Source: Lytechinus pictus
Taxonomy: Eukaryota
Direction of reading: 5' to 3'
NCBI RefSeq assembly: GCF_037042905.1
Contig: NC_087245.1
Coordinates: forward strand, 12,588,001 to 12,652,000
DNA length: 64,000 nucleotides
The first letter of the stretch is position 1, and each line of letters starts with the position of its first letter. Below are positions 51,201 to 63,030 of this stretch, piece after piece. Below the pieces are notes generated by a model. That model was given only the letters and a program-made list of their open reading frames with translations. It was not told the origin of the DNA and ran no database searches. A program made the position numbers and the translations under genes.

Positions 51201-53633
51201 TTCAAATGGTTGTTTTCCGTTTCCTGGACAAATCATGGGTTAGATTATGTGTATCATGATATACATGTATGTGCTGTTTTTACATTTTGTTTATGTATTT
51301 TTAGTTAAGTAAGACACTCATGACACTATTCTGATTATCTTGTCATTGGCAGGTACACTGCTGCACGAGCAGTAGAAGTAGCAGGTAGTGTTGTTAGACA
51401 AGCCTTTGATACAGCTGCTAGCTCTGTGAATGCCCTTCTAAGACCACAGGTAAGAGTCTTTTCATAGTAAAAGAAAGACAAATCATCCCTTTTCCATATT
51501 TTGGCCTCATATTTGAAAGCAATTGTTCAATTTTTATTCTTTTTTTAATATTAAAACATAACTTTTTACGTCATAATGTAATAAGATCAATTCAAACACT
51601 GCTTTTTAGCAAACATTTGAAAATTAATTGTATTAGGTAATGTTAGGAGAAAGTTGTGAACTATCAAAGGACTCAAACTGATTCTTCTCAATTCTCAGAG
51701 ATGAAATGAAGAGGGACTGGAAAAAAAATCAAGAATGAAAGAGGGGAATAGTGATAAAAAGGAGATAAGTAAGAGGGTTAGACTGTTTGGGGAAGGATTC
51801 CATACATAAATTAATAAGTTTTTTGTAGGTGGGTTTTTGAAGGCCAAGACTCATCAATTTTAATGGGGAACGTAGTCATTGGTTGTTTACTTGGTTACAG
51901 CTGTTGTTCAACCCATAGAATGGAGTCTGCTTTTGTGACCTACATGTACAGGGCAGGGCACGACAAACCCGCTTGCCCGGGGCAAGTGAAAATGATGTGC
52001 GGGCAAGCATTTCTCAAAGTCAATTGCCCGATCGAGCAAGTGGTTGTTTTGGAAATAAAATATCAGTTGACCCTCTAAATTTCAATATCTTTTGGATAAT
52101 CACAACTATCTCTCAGATTATGTCAAACCAGTAAAAAAAAACAGTGGAAACTGATGTAAAATCAGCGCCAATTACCTCGTTCGAAAAACCGTGCCATTGC
52201 ATCTTACGTTCTATGTGTACAATGACTGCGCATGCGCTACTTGAGCAATTTGCCAATATGCACACCCCAAAAAAAAAAAACCAAAAGGGGCTTAAATTTC
52301 ACATTTTGCAAAAATCCATGAAATGGCCATCTATTTTCCATATTACCTTGAACTTGTTTTGATTTAGTTGGAAACTACTGAAAAAATGAAGAATATTCAG
52401 CTCTTTCTTGACTCTCTTTCTTTACTCTGATTTATGATGGTGTTACACTCGGTAAATGTTTTTTATTATTGTGGACCCACATGTAGACTTTCATGTTGAC
52501 CAAGTGTAAAACGATCAAACGATACGATCAATGATCAATGCTGCAACACCATGAAAAAAAAAAAAACATGAAAGTCTACATGCGGGACTACAATAACAAA
52601 AATATTGACCGAGTGTAACATCATAAAATGATGAAGAAAAGACAAGAAAGAGGTGAAAATTTAAGGAAATATGGAAAATAAATGACCATTTCAAGGATTT
52701 AAAGATGCAAAATGTGAAATTTTAGCCACTCCACTTTTGATTTTTTTTTTTTTTTTTTAACATCATAAAACGATCTTTTTCAGGGTCAATAAAGAGCTGA
52801 ATATTTTTCACTGGCTTTCTTTATAGTTTCCAACTAAATCAAAACAATTCTAAGGAAAAAAATGGCAAACAGATAACCATTTCGTGGATTTAAAGATGCA
52901 AAATATGAAATTTTAGCAACTTTTGGTGAAGGTTTTTTTAAACCTTAAATTAAACCCCATTTATAAATAGTGAAAAAAAATCAAAATAAACGCAATGACT
53001 CAGGCCTACGTTGCTGAACATAAACTTTTAAATGTGTGTTCTTTTATACTGCACATGATTCTCAATTGTTGTTATTTTGTATGACCTTTAAAAATAAGAG
53101 TAGTGCCGTCATAATAAAAAAAAATTATAAAACAAATAGGGCAAGCAGTTTTTTCTATCGGGCAAGTAAATTTGTAGAGGCCTGGGTCTGTTGATGCTCT
53201 GTTAATTCCACTTATGATATCATATGGTATTGTCATTATCTCATTTATTCTAGTTAATGATGCCTGAAGTAATTTGAAGATTCTCTATGCTGGGGCAACT
53301 GATTTAGCTGCCCCTACCCCTCCCAGAACCTCTATTACAGGTAGTTCAATGCTATTCACAAAATGCTGAGTCATCAAAGTATAATTGTTTCAATGAAAAC
53401 TGCAAAATATCTCAACTTATAGCATCATTTTGCCTTTCATTTGACAGCCCATCCCCATGCCTGCCCCATACGAACCACCAAGCCTCTCACCTATGGACCA
53501 GCTGATTGAGATGGGCTTCGGGAACAGGACTAAGAACCAAGAACTACTAGAGAAGCATAATGATGATGTGTCAAGGTGTGTCCAGGATCTCCTTCAAGCA
53601 GAGGAAAATAATTGGTCCGATACCAGACACTAG
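33242..53633 (+). CDS. NBR1: NBR1 (next to BRCA1 gene 1) selective autophagy receptor, ~1118 aa, 19 coding exons
   Basis: Exons (GT-AG, phases consistent, 3357 nt total): 33242-33337, 36460-36522, 38217-38235, 38860-38984 (PB1, OPCA motif YIDDEEDE), 39422-39700, 40516-40687, 41492-41564, 42229-42414 (ZZ: CDKC..RYKCGHCLNFDLCEEC..H..H), 42880-43134 (coiled coil), 43428-43560, 44112-44384 (FW domain: FVKSW..NNG..W, YQSHWRL..QFGHRVWC), 44660-44903 (DVLSFELL), 46719-46925, 47297-47439 (LIR DDYCVVPLPDCFD), 48705-49274, 49565-49660, 50846-50985, 51353-51449 (amphipathic helix), 53448-53633 (UBA: LIEMGFGNR..W..RH*). Confidence 0.95.
34887..36030. repeat. Complex of direct and inverted repeats in NBR1 intron 1 (decayed DNA element)
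   Basis: GCCAGGAGGCTCCTAGA..TCATTCACT..GTGTGCTTACTC at ~35353, inverted copy at ~35715-35778 and diverged direct copy at ~34887; the block GCCATCTTGT..CTTTGTTA..AGGCGGCA is repeated at ~35644 and ~35958. Confidence 0.6.
36036..36185. mobile_element. 150-bp palindromic element
   Basis: Arms ATAAAAAATGTG..CATTGGCC.ATAAATATCA..TGAATCTCACCTCGATG / CATCGAGGTGAGATTCA.TGATATTTATTGGCCAATG..CACATTTTTTAT. Confidence 0.7.
37143..38154 (+). mobile_element. HINE/pearl/Tsp-type element, family 2
   Basis: Subterminal IR GTCTCACCTGCA (37148) / TGCAGGTGAGAC (38121), partial inner IR GTGAGAC, (GGC/GAC)n microsatellite, ~4.5 internal repeats of 162-192 bp, T-run flanks. Confidence 0.8.
40971..41186 (-). mobile_element. 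tRNA-derived SINE (family B), full copy
   Basis: Minus-strand box A TAGCTCAGTCGG and box B GGTTCGATTCC; body CTTCGGAGGGGACCTTAAGCCGTCGGTCC; paralogous to 27681-27872. Confidence 0.85.
45752..46427 (+). mobile_element. HINE/pearl/Tsp-type element, family 1
   Basis: Reverse complement of 14452-15122; GTCTCGCCCAC / GTGGGCGAGAC IR, (GTCC)n, three ~155-bp repeats. Confidence 0.8.
49862..50122. mobile_element. PIF/Harbinger (Tourist-like) MITE
   Basis: TAA|GGGCCCTGTCATGTCGTTC...GAACGATGTGACAGGGCCT|TAA; 3-bp TAA TSD. Confidence 0.8.
51954..53184. mobile_element. hAT-like non-autonomous element with internal long palindrome
   Basis: Imperfect TIR CAGGGCACGACAAA / TTTGTAGAGGCCTG; subterminal GGGCAAG repeats at both ends; inverted arms ~52290-52730. 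No TSD found. Confidence 0.6.
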
Positions 53634-56247
53634 GACCTAGCCTTTCTCCGCCAAGTCCATGAGTGGTCAAATATTGATATTAAGGACCTAGAGTAAACCT
53701 ACATTTCTTATTGATTGAATTAAATTTACTGGAATTTATTCTGATATTAATGAAAAGTTACTACTGTGCATTGTAGATACACCTTACGTGTTAACTTTAT
53801 TCACTCATATATAGGCCTGCATGTAGATTATGCTGGAAAGAGGGTTAAATGTCTAAATTTGTATGGCTTTTGTATGGGGATAAGGGTATACAACTTAGAC
53901 AGGTGTTGTAGTGCATATAGTAAAATTTGTTCATCCCTCGTGAAATAAAAGAAATCAAACTTTTAATTTGTGAAAATCAAACGTCATAGATTATGTACAG
54001 AAGTGCAGCTTATTGAATAATATTACTTATTTTGTCATTTGTGCGAATATGCCAATTTTATTTCTTCATTTCCCATTCAAAGTTGAGTTTAAACTCTCAT
54101 ATACTGTTAAGATTTGCTGCGTTCCTTATTTCTTCCTAATATATACATTGCTTTATTAGTTCAAGAAAGTTATGAATCATGATTATGTAGTGTGATGCAA
54201 ATATCATTCATAGATCTTGCATACATGTACAGTGTAGATACGTGTATACTTATCTGTATGAAGTGGTGGATATTGGATTTGTCCTTGTGTAATGACTGGA
54301 TTTCAGTCATATTGCCTTGTCAATTGAGGAATCTTTTTATTAAGATCATGACACCTATTCTTAGTAATAATGTAACCAAGGATCAAGGTGATATAAAATG
54401 TGTCAGTTGCTGCATTCAGAATTTATTGATTTATGATACTTGTATGTGGTTTATTAAACATGATCATTTGTTTTCTTCCATTTTAATTTTCTTCATCTTT
54501 TCTCATTCAAATCTGTTACAGCATACAAAAATAGAAATATACACAAACTTGTATACAAAATCCCTAGAGACCACAACTTGTGATGGGATAAGTCTGTAAC
54601 ACTTGCACTTAACATTTACTATTATTTACAGGGCTATAAAAAGAAACCAACTTTATTATTATCTATTGTAAAATAACATATATTGATGGTTAATTTTTCT
54701 TTTTAGATTTATTTTTGATGACTTATCTTTTTAAGAGATACACAGCTATCTCTCATTTTTTTCTCTATCATGTTTTATGTAATAATTGTAAATATTCAAG
54801 ATATTATTCTCATATGGAGTAGAGTTGAAATTATATAAGAAATGTACTGTATCATAAATTGTAGATAAAAAAATTGATTTATGATGAAGATCGTTTGACT
54901 CTTATGTTAAGATAAGCTCTGTCATGTAAAAAGTAAATTATTAGGCTTTTGAGTCATTTTCATGTTGACATTGACAGAAAAAAAGTTTTGAAGGAATATC
55001 AAGTGTATGTGTAACATTGTCTTCTTTTCCACATTAAAAGCTTTATAAATATGTACTTATTAACTTAATACACTGTTATTAAGGCAGATACCCTCTTGTA
55101 CACAAATTATGTTTATCCATCCAATACAATTTGACTGCATGTACTTCATTTGAATGAGATATTCTTATTTTTCCCCTATAATATCATTATTATTACTTAT
55201 ACTGTACTTTTTCCATGAGGCCCAAATCGCTTACAATGAAATAATTCAAGAATTGACTATATTCAAGTTTCTATTTGAAAGGTTTAAAGATTTTAGATTC
55301 TGTTTTTTTAGTATGGGCCTGTAGTAAACAAATATCTGTAATTGCTTTATACTAGAGATTGTACCAGCTAGGGGACGCTCCCTGTGGTGGTTGTGAGAAG
55401 AATAGAAACCAAACTAACATGCATGCCCCATCCATTACTAGCAATGGCTCACAAATATTTCCTGCTCACAAAATGCACTTTAGTTGCATTGCCTGCCAAT
55501 GCTATTTAATTCAGTCTTAATAATGTCATGAAAAACAATGAGATGTCCATGCACAGATGGATCACATGCACTATATACTGGGTCAGGAAATATTTTCTTT
55601 TCTTTCAGATAGGTTTACAAAAAGGTTCTTGTATAGTCCCTGAAATCTTGATAAGTATGTGAAACTAAAAACTTGCAGTATGTGTATATATTCAAACAAC
55701 AATAAGTAGTAGGTTTATCTAATATTCCATTGTTAAATCTATTGTATGTTATTCCTTTGTATAGTAGAAATTTGGCTTTGTGATCCATTGTAAGAATATT
55801 TGCCAGTACACTTCAACATTTAGAGGTAATAAGATTATGATACAGAAAAGATATAACTAAACAAGATTCTCACTGTCCTGGCAGGAAAACATAATCTAAA
55901 AGTGAAAACTTGCTTGAATTCTTATGGAAAAAGATTGAAAAGTGTTTGTAGCACTAATGATGATGAAGTGAAGTAATACTTAAATGCCTGTGTATAGATG
56001 TTCTTTTTTCAGAGTTTTAATTGTGGACAAGGAATGATAAAAATGCAGCTTGTGAATCAAGTGTGATTCATCATGTATTTGACATGTTTTATTTCAAATA
56101 AATTATTTTAGGAAGATGCGATTGCTGTAGAATGAATGCATGAAGAGGGTGTGCGTGATAAGAGAAAGAGAGAGAAAGAAACAACGATGTGAAATATCAT
56201 CTTGAAGAATGAATTATTATGTGATATCAATTGAAGGAGTATATTCA

Positions 56248-56253
56248 AATAAA
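56248..56253 (+). terminator. Candidate NBR1 polyadenylation signal
   Basis: AATAAA followed by a GT/T-rich tract (TTTGTTTATTGTGTTTT) at the end of a ~2.6-kb AT-rich, repeat-poor stretch after the stop codon. Confidence 0.45.
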
Positions 56254-56739
56254 GATGTATATTGAATATCTTTGTTTATTGTGTTTTCCCTTGTGTCTGA
56301 AATCAAAGTTTTTTTTCTATGGGCATCCAAATGACTCTACATAGGCCTTTAATTGCTACATCAAGTCCTACATTGTGCTACAAGGGGGAGGGGCACTTGA
56401 TGTGTACATGCTGCAACAGAGTTGCAAATATGGGACTTGAGAACTAACCTTGGTTTTAAAATTTTAGGAACAACTCTGGTTAAATATTGCTGAAAGTACA
56501 TTTGTATGAAACGCCTTATTGTGATCTAAGGCTGTGAGGCAGAAAAAAAGGGAACTCTATCTTGGAAACCAAATTTCTTTGTATTCGTATATTGACCAAT
56601 AAAAGAATCTTGAATCTTGGTAGTGGTGATGATGGCCGGTGGAGAAAGTGGTGATGGTGTTGGTGAAATTGATATGATGCAGACGTTTTGATGAATAAAA
56701 TGATGTGGTGGAGATAATGGAGATCATAGCGATGTTTGT

Positions 56740-56859
56740 GGTATAGTGATGGGGATGATGATGATCACTATAATGATGATGGTGATGATGCATGATGATG
56801 ATGATTGATGATGATGGTGATGATGATGGTGATGATGATGATGATCGATGATGATGATG
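56740..56859. repeat. (GAT)n-rich microsatellite
   Basis: GAT/GGT triplet runs. Confidence 0.85.
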
Positions 56860-56869
56860 TGAGGATCAG

Positions 56870-57152
56870 TGTATAGAGTACGCACGGCCAGCAAGCTAAA
56901 CGCGCTATCGCGATCGCTAGTCTGGAGCTCTCGTATTCTTTTTTCCAATTTTTTGGCGACTCGATCGAATTATATGCATTGCGCTTCCGCTTTTTATATT
57001 ATATTGCGAGCTAACAGCTACCGGTCGGTACTTGAATTGGTTGAGTGGATTTTCTGTTCTGAGCGAGGCGGTCTCAACCAAAATCAAATAGAAAAGACGG
57101 CATTTTGTCACTGGGAATTTGGGAGGTCTTTCTGGATAAATGCTCCGCAGAG
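56870..57152 (+). other. Probable promoter / non-coding first exon of a downstream gene
   Basis: CpG-rich segment ending in a consensus donor GAG|GTAAGT (GT at 57153); no coding exon identified in the window. Confidence 0.45.
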
Positions 57153-57665
57153 GTAAGTTAATTTGAATGACAAACAATGAGTGCATAAGTTATAAATATT
57201 AGACATGATTGATACTACTACTAGTAGCCGCATGATTGATAGTGAGCCGAATGCTGTTCTCTCTCTATCGGAGAAGTCCTGGCAACGTGGCTAATCAATT
57301 TCCGTTCCGGTCGGTGGGCTTCTGGATGTCTGAGCTGTGCTTTGCCTGTGACACGTATGGTTGGAACTACCCCTTATCGACCACCTAATCTTCTCAGCAT
57401 CGTATCTGCGAAAATATTCATCAATTTTACCCAGTTTTAGTCTCATTTGTGCAGAAAATTGAGCAGATCAGATTCCCATGTTTCGCTCGGCGACTCCGAT
57501 TCAATCCGCGTATATATCGACGAACAACGAATACGACGATTTTACATTTGCTCATTTGCACCCGTCTTTTGAAACCGACCACCCGCGATACACTAAGTTT
57601 ACGGCCGATTCTTGTCGCGGTGGCGAAATATTTTTACTCTTCCAAATCAGTTCTATGATGTCAAC

Positions 57666-58370
57666 CACTCATGGTATCAATGCATCTCGCGTGCGAAGGA
57701 TTCATATGCACATGGTGCACTCGAATTTTTCACACCCTTTTTACTAAAATAACTAAGCCATTCCTTTTAAAATAATGTTTCTAATTGTGCTATGACACTT
57801 ACCGAACCATATGGATCGTTTCTTGTCTTCTCTTTGGTGTGTTTTTAAGAAAAAAAATGCATTTTCTCGTGATCTTCACGTAGATACCGCAGGGTAATTG
57901 TGGTTGTAAACTTTTGCTTAAAGAGGGCGCGCAATATTATTCACAAGATGTTTGTTTACGAATCGACGGTTCTGCAGCTTGTACTGCTAGCTGCATTTTA
58001 GACGCTCAGCATTATTTTCCTCTTTCTGTTTTTTTTTTTTGCTGTCAAGCGGTATTTTCTATTGTAGCGCCATCAGCGATGATGAAATGTAAAGAGTCGC
58101 CTTGAAATGAAGAAAAATTATGTCACATTAATTCGTTAGTTTGTTTCCTATTTTTTTCCACTTTTTTCTTCTTCCTCATCTATGATCAAAGGTGAATACC
58201 TTTTTTTGATATCTGTTCTAAAAGCTGGACATTTTAAATATTTTGTTCAAGTAAATAAATCAACAGGATAGTAATCAAAATGCGATAGAGCTGCCCGAGC
58301 TGAAAATTCTGATACAAGGACTTGAAAATAAAACATTCTGAGCACTTTTTATAACCATGATGAGGAGACC

Positions 58371-58406
<36 letters not shown>

Positions 58407-58491
58407 AAGTTATACATGTACTACAGCTTTGGCAACTCTTTTATTTAAATATTGTGTGAAAGATATATATAAAATGCTTGATTTATTTGCG

Positions 58492-58534
<43 letters not shown>

Positions 58535-60466
58535 TGTATATGAAATAAGCTAACACGAAAAAAATACGTTTTGGGGACTGTTAAATAAGAATTCATGAGT
58601 GGGATAAGTAACTATCTATTCTATTCTTGTTCGTTTTCTATTATTATTTGTGTGTTGTGTTTATTTTTCTTGAAGCACCAAAAGGTGGACATGTCCGCTA
58701 AGATATATTAACGAAGTCACCATTATTATCACAAGCTAACGGATCAATTAAAATGCGAGCGTGAAACGTGAGCTTCTTTTTTTCTTAATTCAGTCTTAAC
58801 GATACTTTTTCATCATATTTTAAAGGTGAATCTCATGATTCAAAATGATAAATGCTTGTCGCACGGGCAGAAATAGCGGGACCAATAGTTATTTTCAATA
58901 TTCCGAACTGCATTCTGGACGTTAAGCGAATTTGTATAACAATTAAAAGGGTAGGTCTATTTACCTTACAAATTATGCGAGCGCTGAACTTTTGGACATT
59001 TAAACCTCAACAAATGGACATTTTTAAAATATGAACAACATCATAAATGTCACTTACAAAAATGATGCCAGCGCGAAGCTCGCGCTTAGAGTTTTTGATA
59101 TTGATGACAGGACTGTATCTAAATGAAAAATAATGCGAGGGCATTTGCGCTTAAGATTTAAATTTGGGATTTGAAAAGTCCGACAGATTACCTATACTTT
59201 TAAAAGAGGAATGACCTCCAGAATTCAAGCGCGAAGCGCCAGTAGATTTACGTTGAAGTTTAGACCTAGAACAGGGACGTTGAACCTTTATAATCATGAA
59301 AAAGATGGTATTTTTATAAATAAAACATGGGAGTCTAATTTTGTTTTAGTGTTAATATTCAGATCTTCAAACTTGACATTTTCCTATCCCCTTCATTATC
59401 CCCTCTCCTTCTCCCTTTCCCCATTTTCGTTCTCCCTTCTTTTCTTCTCTCCCTTTCCCTTCCCTTTTTCGCTTTTCCTTTCTCCCTCCCCTACTCTTTT
59501 CTCGCTCTTTCCATTTTTCTTTCCCTCTCCCTTCCCCTCTTCCTTTCCTTTGTTTTCTTTCTATTTTATGGTCTCCTTTTCCCTCTCTCTCCTCTATCTT
59601 TCCCCCTCCCTTTCCTTTCCCTTTCCCTCTCCTTTTTTGTGCAAACATTAACACGAACATCTTGCTTCCTACACACACACACAAACGCCCGCAATCTAAC
59701 ACACGTAATGCGAAACAATCGGGACATTATCATTTTGTTCATACATATATATGTATATTTTCTCAATGAACATTTTCATCTATTTAAAGCTTTGAAAATT
59801 ATCAAACAATGATTCCACAGGCGAAATCTCAATGATCATTAGAAAGGTACTTTACCCATTTTCATTTTATGTCATTGTGATTATTCCATACTAAGGCAAC
59901 ATATTTTGGATATAAAAATACGTGAAGGATATGTTCCTCTTCTGTTTTATACTTTAACAGAAAACATTTTGTTCAACCAAATTATGATTTGTATTTCCAA
60001 GTTCCATGTAATATTTTCATTGGAAAATCTCTTAAAGGTCAAGCTAGTGCACCCCAGAAAAAATTGTTTGAATAAATAGAGAACTATGTTGATTTTTGGT
60101 ACAATTTCCTATTATGCGCCGACGACTTGAATCGAGAATGTTCGATAGGAAAATTTCGCATTTCGATTGTTGTTTGCGTAATTTCCACCGCAGTACGAAG
60201 GATGACTAAGGACGGACCGAGCGAAGCATCCTGATTGAGATTTGGAGGTAAGCGATAAAAACACTTTAATAAATAATTTATAATTGCTTTTTCATAAAAA
60301 CTTGATCATACGATCAATATTAACATAGCGGACAAATATTGAAAGGTTTGGCGTAGTTTAGTCCCTCACATTCGTGTGATGAATGAAAACGTCAAAATGC
60401 ACTATGAAATCACATGTGTTGTGCGAGGTTAGTAATAGTATACTAACCTCGCATGTTGTGTGAGTG
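57666..60466. mobile_element. 2.8-kb insertion with CACTCA...TGAGTG ends and GATGTCAAC target duplication
   Basis: GATGTCAAC occurs at 57657-57665 and 60467-60475 but only once in the uninterrupted copy of element X. Confidence 0.85.
59385..59640. repeat. Polypyrimidine (C/T) low-complexity tract
   Basis: Almost exclusively C/T on the + strand. Confidence 0.85.
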
Positions 60467-61202
60467 GATGTCAACATGCTAAATGATCGTCTCACTACTT
60501 CCACTGCGAGCTCCGGCACATGATTCGACGATTGACGACGGATATTTGTTCTAAAGCCGTTTCCTATCGGATTTCTTGGTTTTTCAGCGGGAATTGGGTC
60601 TGGTCAATACAATTTTGATTAATTCTACTAAATTTTTACTTTTTGTTGCTTCTTTTTTTCTCGTAAAATCGATTCTTACCGTTCCTATGGACACTGCGCC
60701 TACTCTCCCGCGCGTATCGTTTGTAATACGCAATAATTTTAACGCGCGCAAGGTGGTCGGTTTCAAAAGAGGTGGTCGATATGTGGTAGTCTCACCATAC
60801 GGTATGGAAGGATAAAAACCGCGAGTCGAGACCTGCTCAGTTTTATGATTGATTTGACAAAATATGGATATCAAATAGCACAGTTTCGTTTTATGGAAAT
60901 CTGGGCCTTATCATGAAATTAGTCACTAGATTTAGTACCGGTAGGATGGGGGGAGGGGGGGGGGGGTCGGGTGTCCGGACACTTTATAATATTTTTGAAG
61001 CCTTCTTTTTTGTCTTTGGATTACACTAAAAATGTGAATTCAATAGTTGTAATCATTTATTATTTTGTTCTCTATAATATTTCCCAACATTTTGTACTAA
61101 AAATTGATGAAACTTCGCTTGTAATTTTTTCCGAATGACTTCATTTCTAAAATTGATCGTCCGGACACACAACCTGTCCGGACACACAACATTAACAACT
61201 GG

Positions 61203-61851
61203 GTATGGTGAGACTACCACATATCGACCACCTCTTTTGAAACCGACCACCTTGCGCGCGTTAAAATTATTGCGTATTACAAACGATACGCGCGAGAGAG
61301 TAGGCGCAGTGTCCATAGGAACGGTAAGAATCGATTTTTCGAGAAAAAAAGAAGCAACAAAAAGTAAAAATTTAGTAGAATGCCTAATCAAAATTGTATT
61401 GACCAGACCCAATTCCCGCTGAAAAACCAAGAAATCCGATAGGAAACGGCTTTAGAACAAATATCCGTCGTCAATCGTCGAATCGTGTGCCGGAGCTCGC
61501 AGTGGAAGTATATAGTGAGACGATCATTTTGATTTAGCATGTTGACATCATAGAACTGATTTGGAAGAGTAAAAATATTTCGCCACCGCGACAAGAATCG
61601 GCCGTAAACTTAGTGTATCGCGGGTGGTCGGTTTCAAAAGACGGGTGCAAATGAGCAAATGTAAAATCGTCGTATTCGTTGTTCGTCGATATATACGCGG
61701 ATTGAATCGGAGTCGCCGAGCGAAACATGGGAATCTGATCTGCTCAATTTTCTGCACAAATGAGACTAAAACTGGGTAAAATTGATGAATATTTTCGCAG
61801 ATACGATGCTGAGAAGATTAGGTGGTCGATAAGGGGTAGTTCCAACCATAT
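61203..61851 (-). mobile_element. ~650-bp TIR element X, intact copy
   Basis: Imperfect ~30-bp TIRs and subterminal ACCGACCACC motifs; near-identical to the split copy (the spurious ORFs at 57449/61757 translate identically). Confidence 0.88.
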
Positions 61852-62309
61852 GTGATATTCATTTTGTCAAACTTCCTTTGGAACAATCAAGTTAATATTA
61901 AAATGTTTTAATGTAGACTGCTGGGGTGGTGTTCTGAGGCCATTTTATCTTTAAAATATTTTATTTTTTAGATCATAATAATAATCTCTCGGATAAAATT
62001 TTGAATTTTTATCTTGAGGATCTGTAGATGTTACGCGACAGAACATGCCTGCGTAGATATCAGCGTTCTCGGAAACCTGCCTATTCGGTGGTGGCCAAAT
62101 TTGCACGTGATGTTTTGATTTTCACATGCGCTGCGCTTTGATCTGATCCAAAGTCAAGTTTCATTGCCAATCCGCAAAGTTCAATAGACAATGTACCGGT
62201 AATGCTGTTTTAATCGGCGGTAGTCACCAACCTAAAATTGATATCGGCAAAAATATTGGAATGTTAAGTTGTTATTTATCTCAAAATTTAGGGGTCTTAT
62301 TTTTTTGTC

Positions 62310-63030
62310 TGGATATGTTTTAAACTGTTTTGAGGTGTTAATGAGTTAAAATATATTTCATATTCCTTTTGTTATGGACTCCCATTCTCTGAGAAGAAAT
62401 ATAAATCACGCATTATTCAGACAACGGCGGAAAGGAAAATAAAACAAAATAGAAGTCATAATGCACAAACATCACAGATTAAGGAACGATCGATTAGGAA
62501 TGTTTTAAAATTGTTTTGGGGTCCTAATGAGTTAAAATATATTTCATATACCCTTCGTCATGGAGTCCCGTTCTCCGAGAAGAAATATAAATCACGCATT
62601 ATTCTGACAATGGCAGAAAAGAAAATAAACAGAATAGAAGTCACAAACATCTCATATTAATGAACGATCTATCAGGACATGTTTTAACATTGTTTTGAGG
62701 TGTTAATGGGTTAAAATATATGTAAACTCATCAACACCTCCGTAACCTTTCGTTACAGACTCCCGTTCTCCGAGAAGAAATATAAATCACGCATTATTCT
62801 TTAATTTCTTACAACGGGGGAAAAGAAAATAAAACAAAATAGAAGTCACTAACATAGATTAATGAATGATCGATTGGGAATGTTTTAAAATTGTTTTGAG
62901 GTCCTAACGAGTCAAAATATATTTTGAATACCTTTCGCTATGAACTCTTTAAGAAATATAAATGACACATTTATTCTGATAACAGCGGAAATGAAAATAA
63001 AATTGAACAGAATTCACAAACATATCAGAT
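62310..63030. repeat. ~180-200-bp tandem repeat x4
   Basis: Unit TGTTTTAAA..TGTTTTGAGG..AAGAAATATAAATCACGCATTATTC..AGAAGTCA starts at about 62316, 62501, 62680 and 62881. Confidence 0.85.

Larger units (their letters stand above)
57355..60800 (+). mobile_element. ~650-bp TIR element X, split copy (57355-57665 and 60467-60800)
   Basis: The two halves together equal the reverse complement of 61203-61851; TIR GTATGGTTGGAACTACCCCTTATCGACCACCT / AGGTGGTCGATATGTGGTAGTCTCACCATAC. Confidence 0.88.

Noticed and set aside
33242..53633. Assignment as SQSTM1/p62
   Set aside because: The FW (four-tryptophan) domain, the SFELL and LPDCFD motifs and the ~1100-aa length identify NBR1.
59211..59702. 146-aa F/S/P-rich and 111-aa K/G/E-rich ORFs
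   Set aside because: Translations of the polypyrimidine/polypurine tract.
57666..60466. RAG/Transib transposon with RSS-like ends
   Set aside because: CACTCAT is a poor heptamer, no nonamer at 12/23 spacing was seen, and the TSD is 9 (or 7) bp rather than 5.
57449..61757. Duplicated 64-125-aa ORFs (MQKIEQ.., MFRSAT.., MVFQRE..)
   Set aside because: Identity simply reflects two copies of element X; there is no recognisable domain and mostly non-ATG starts.
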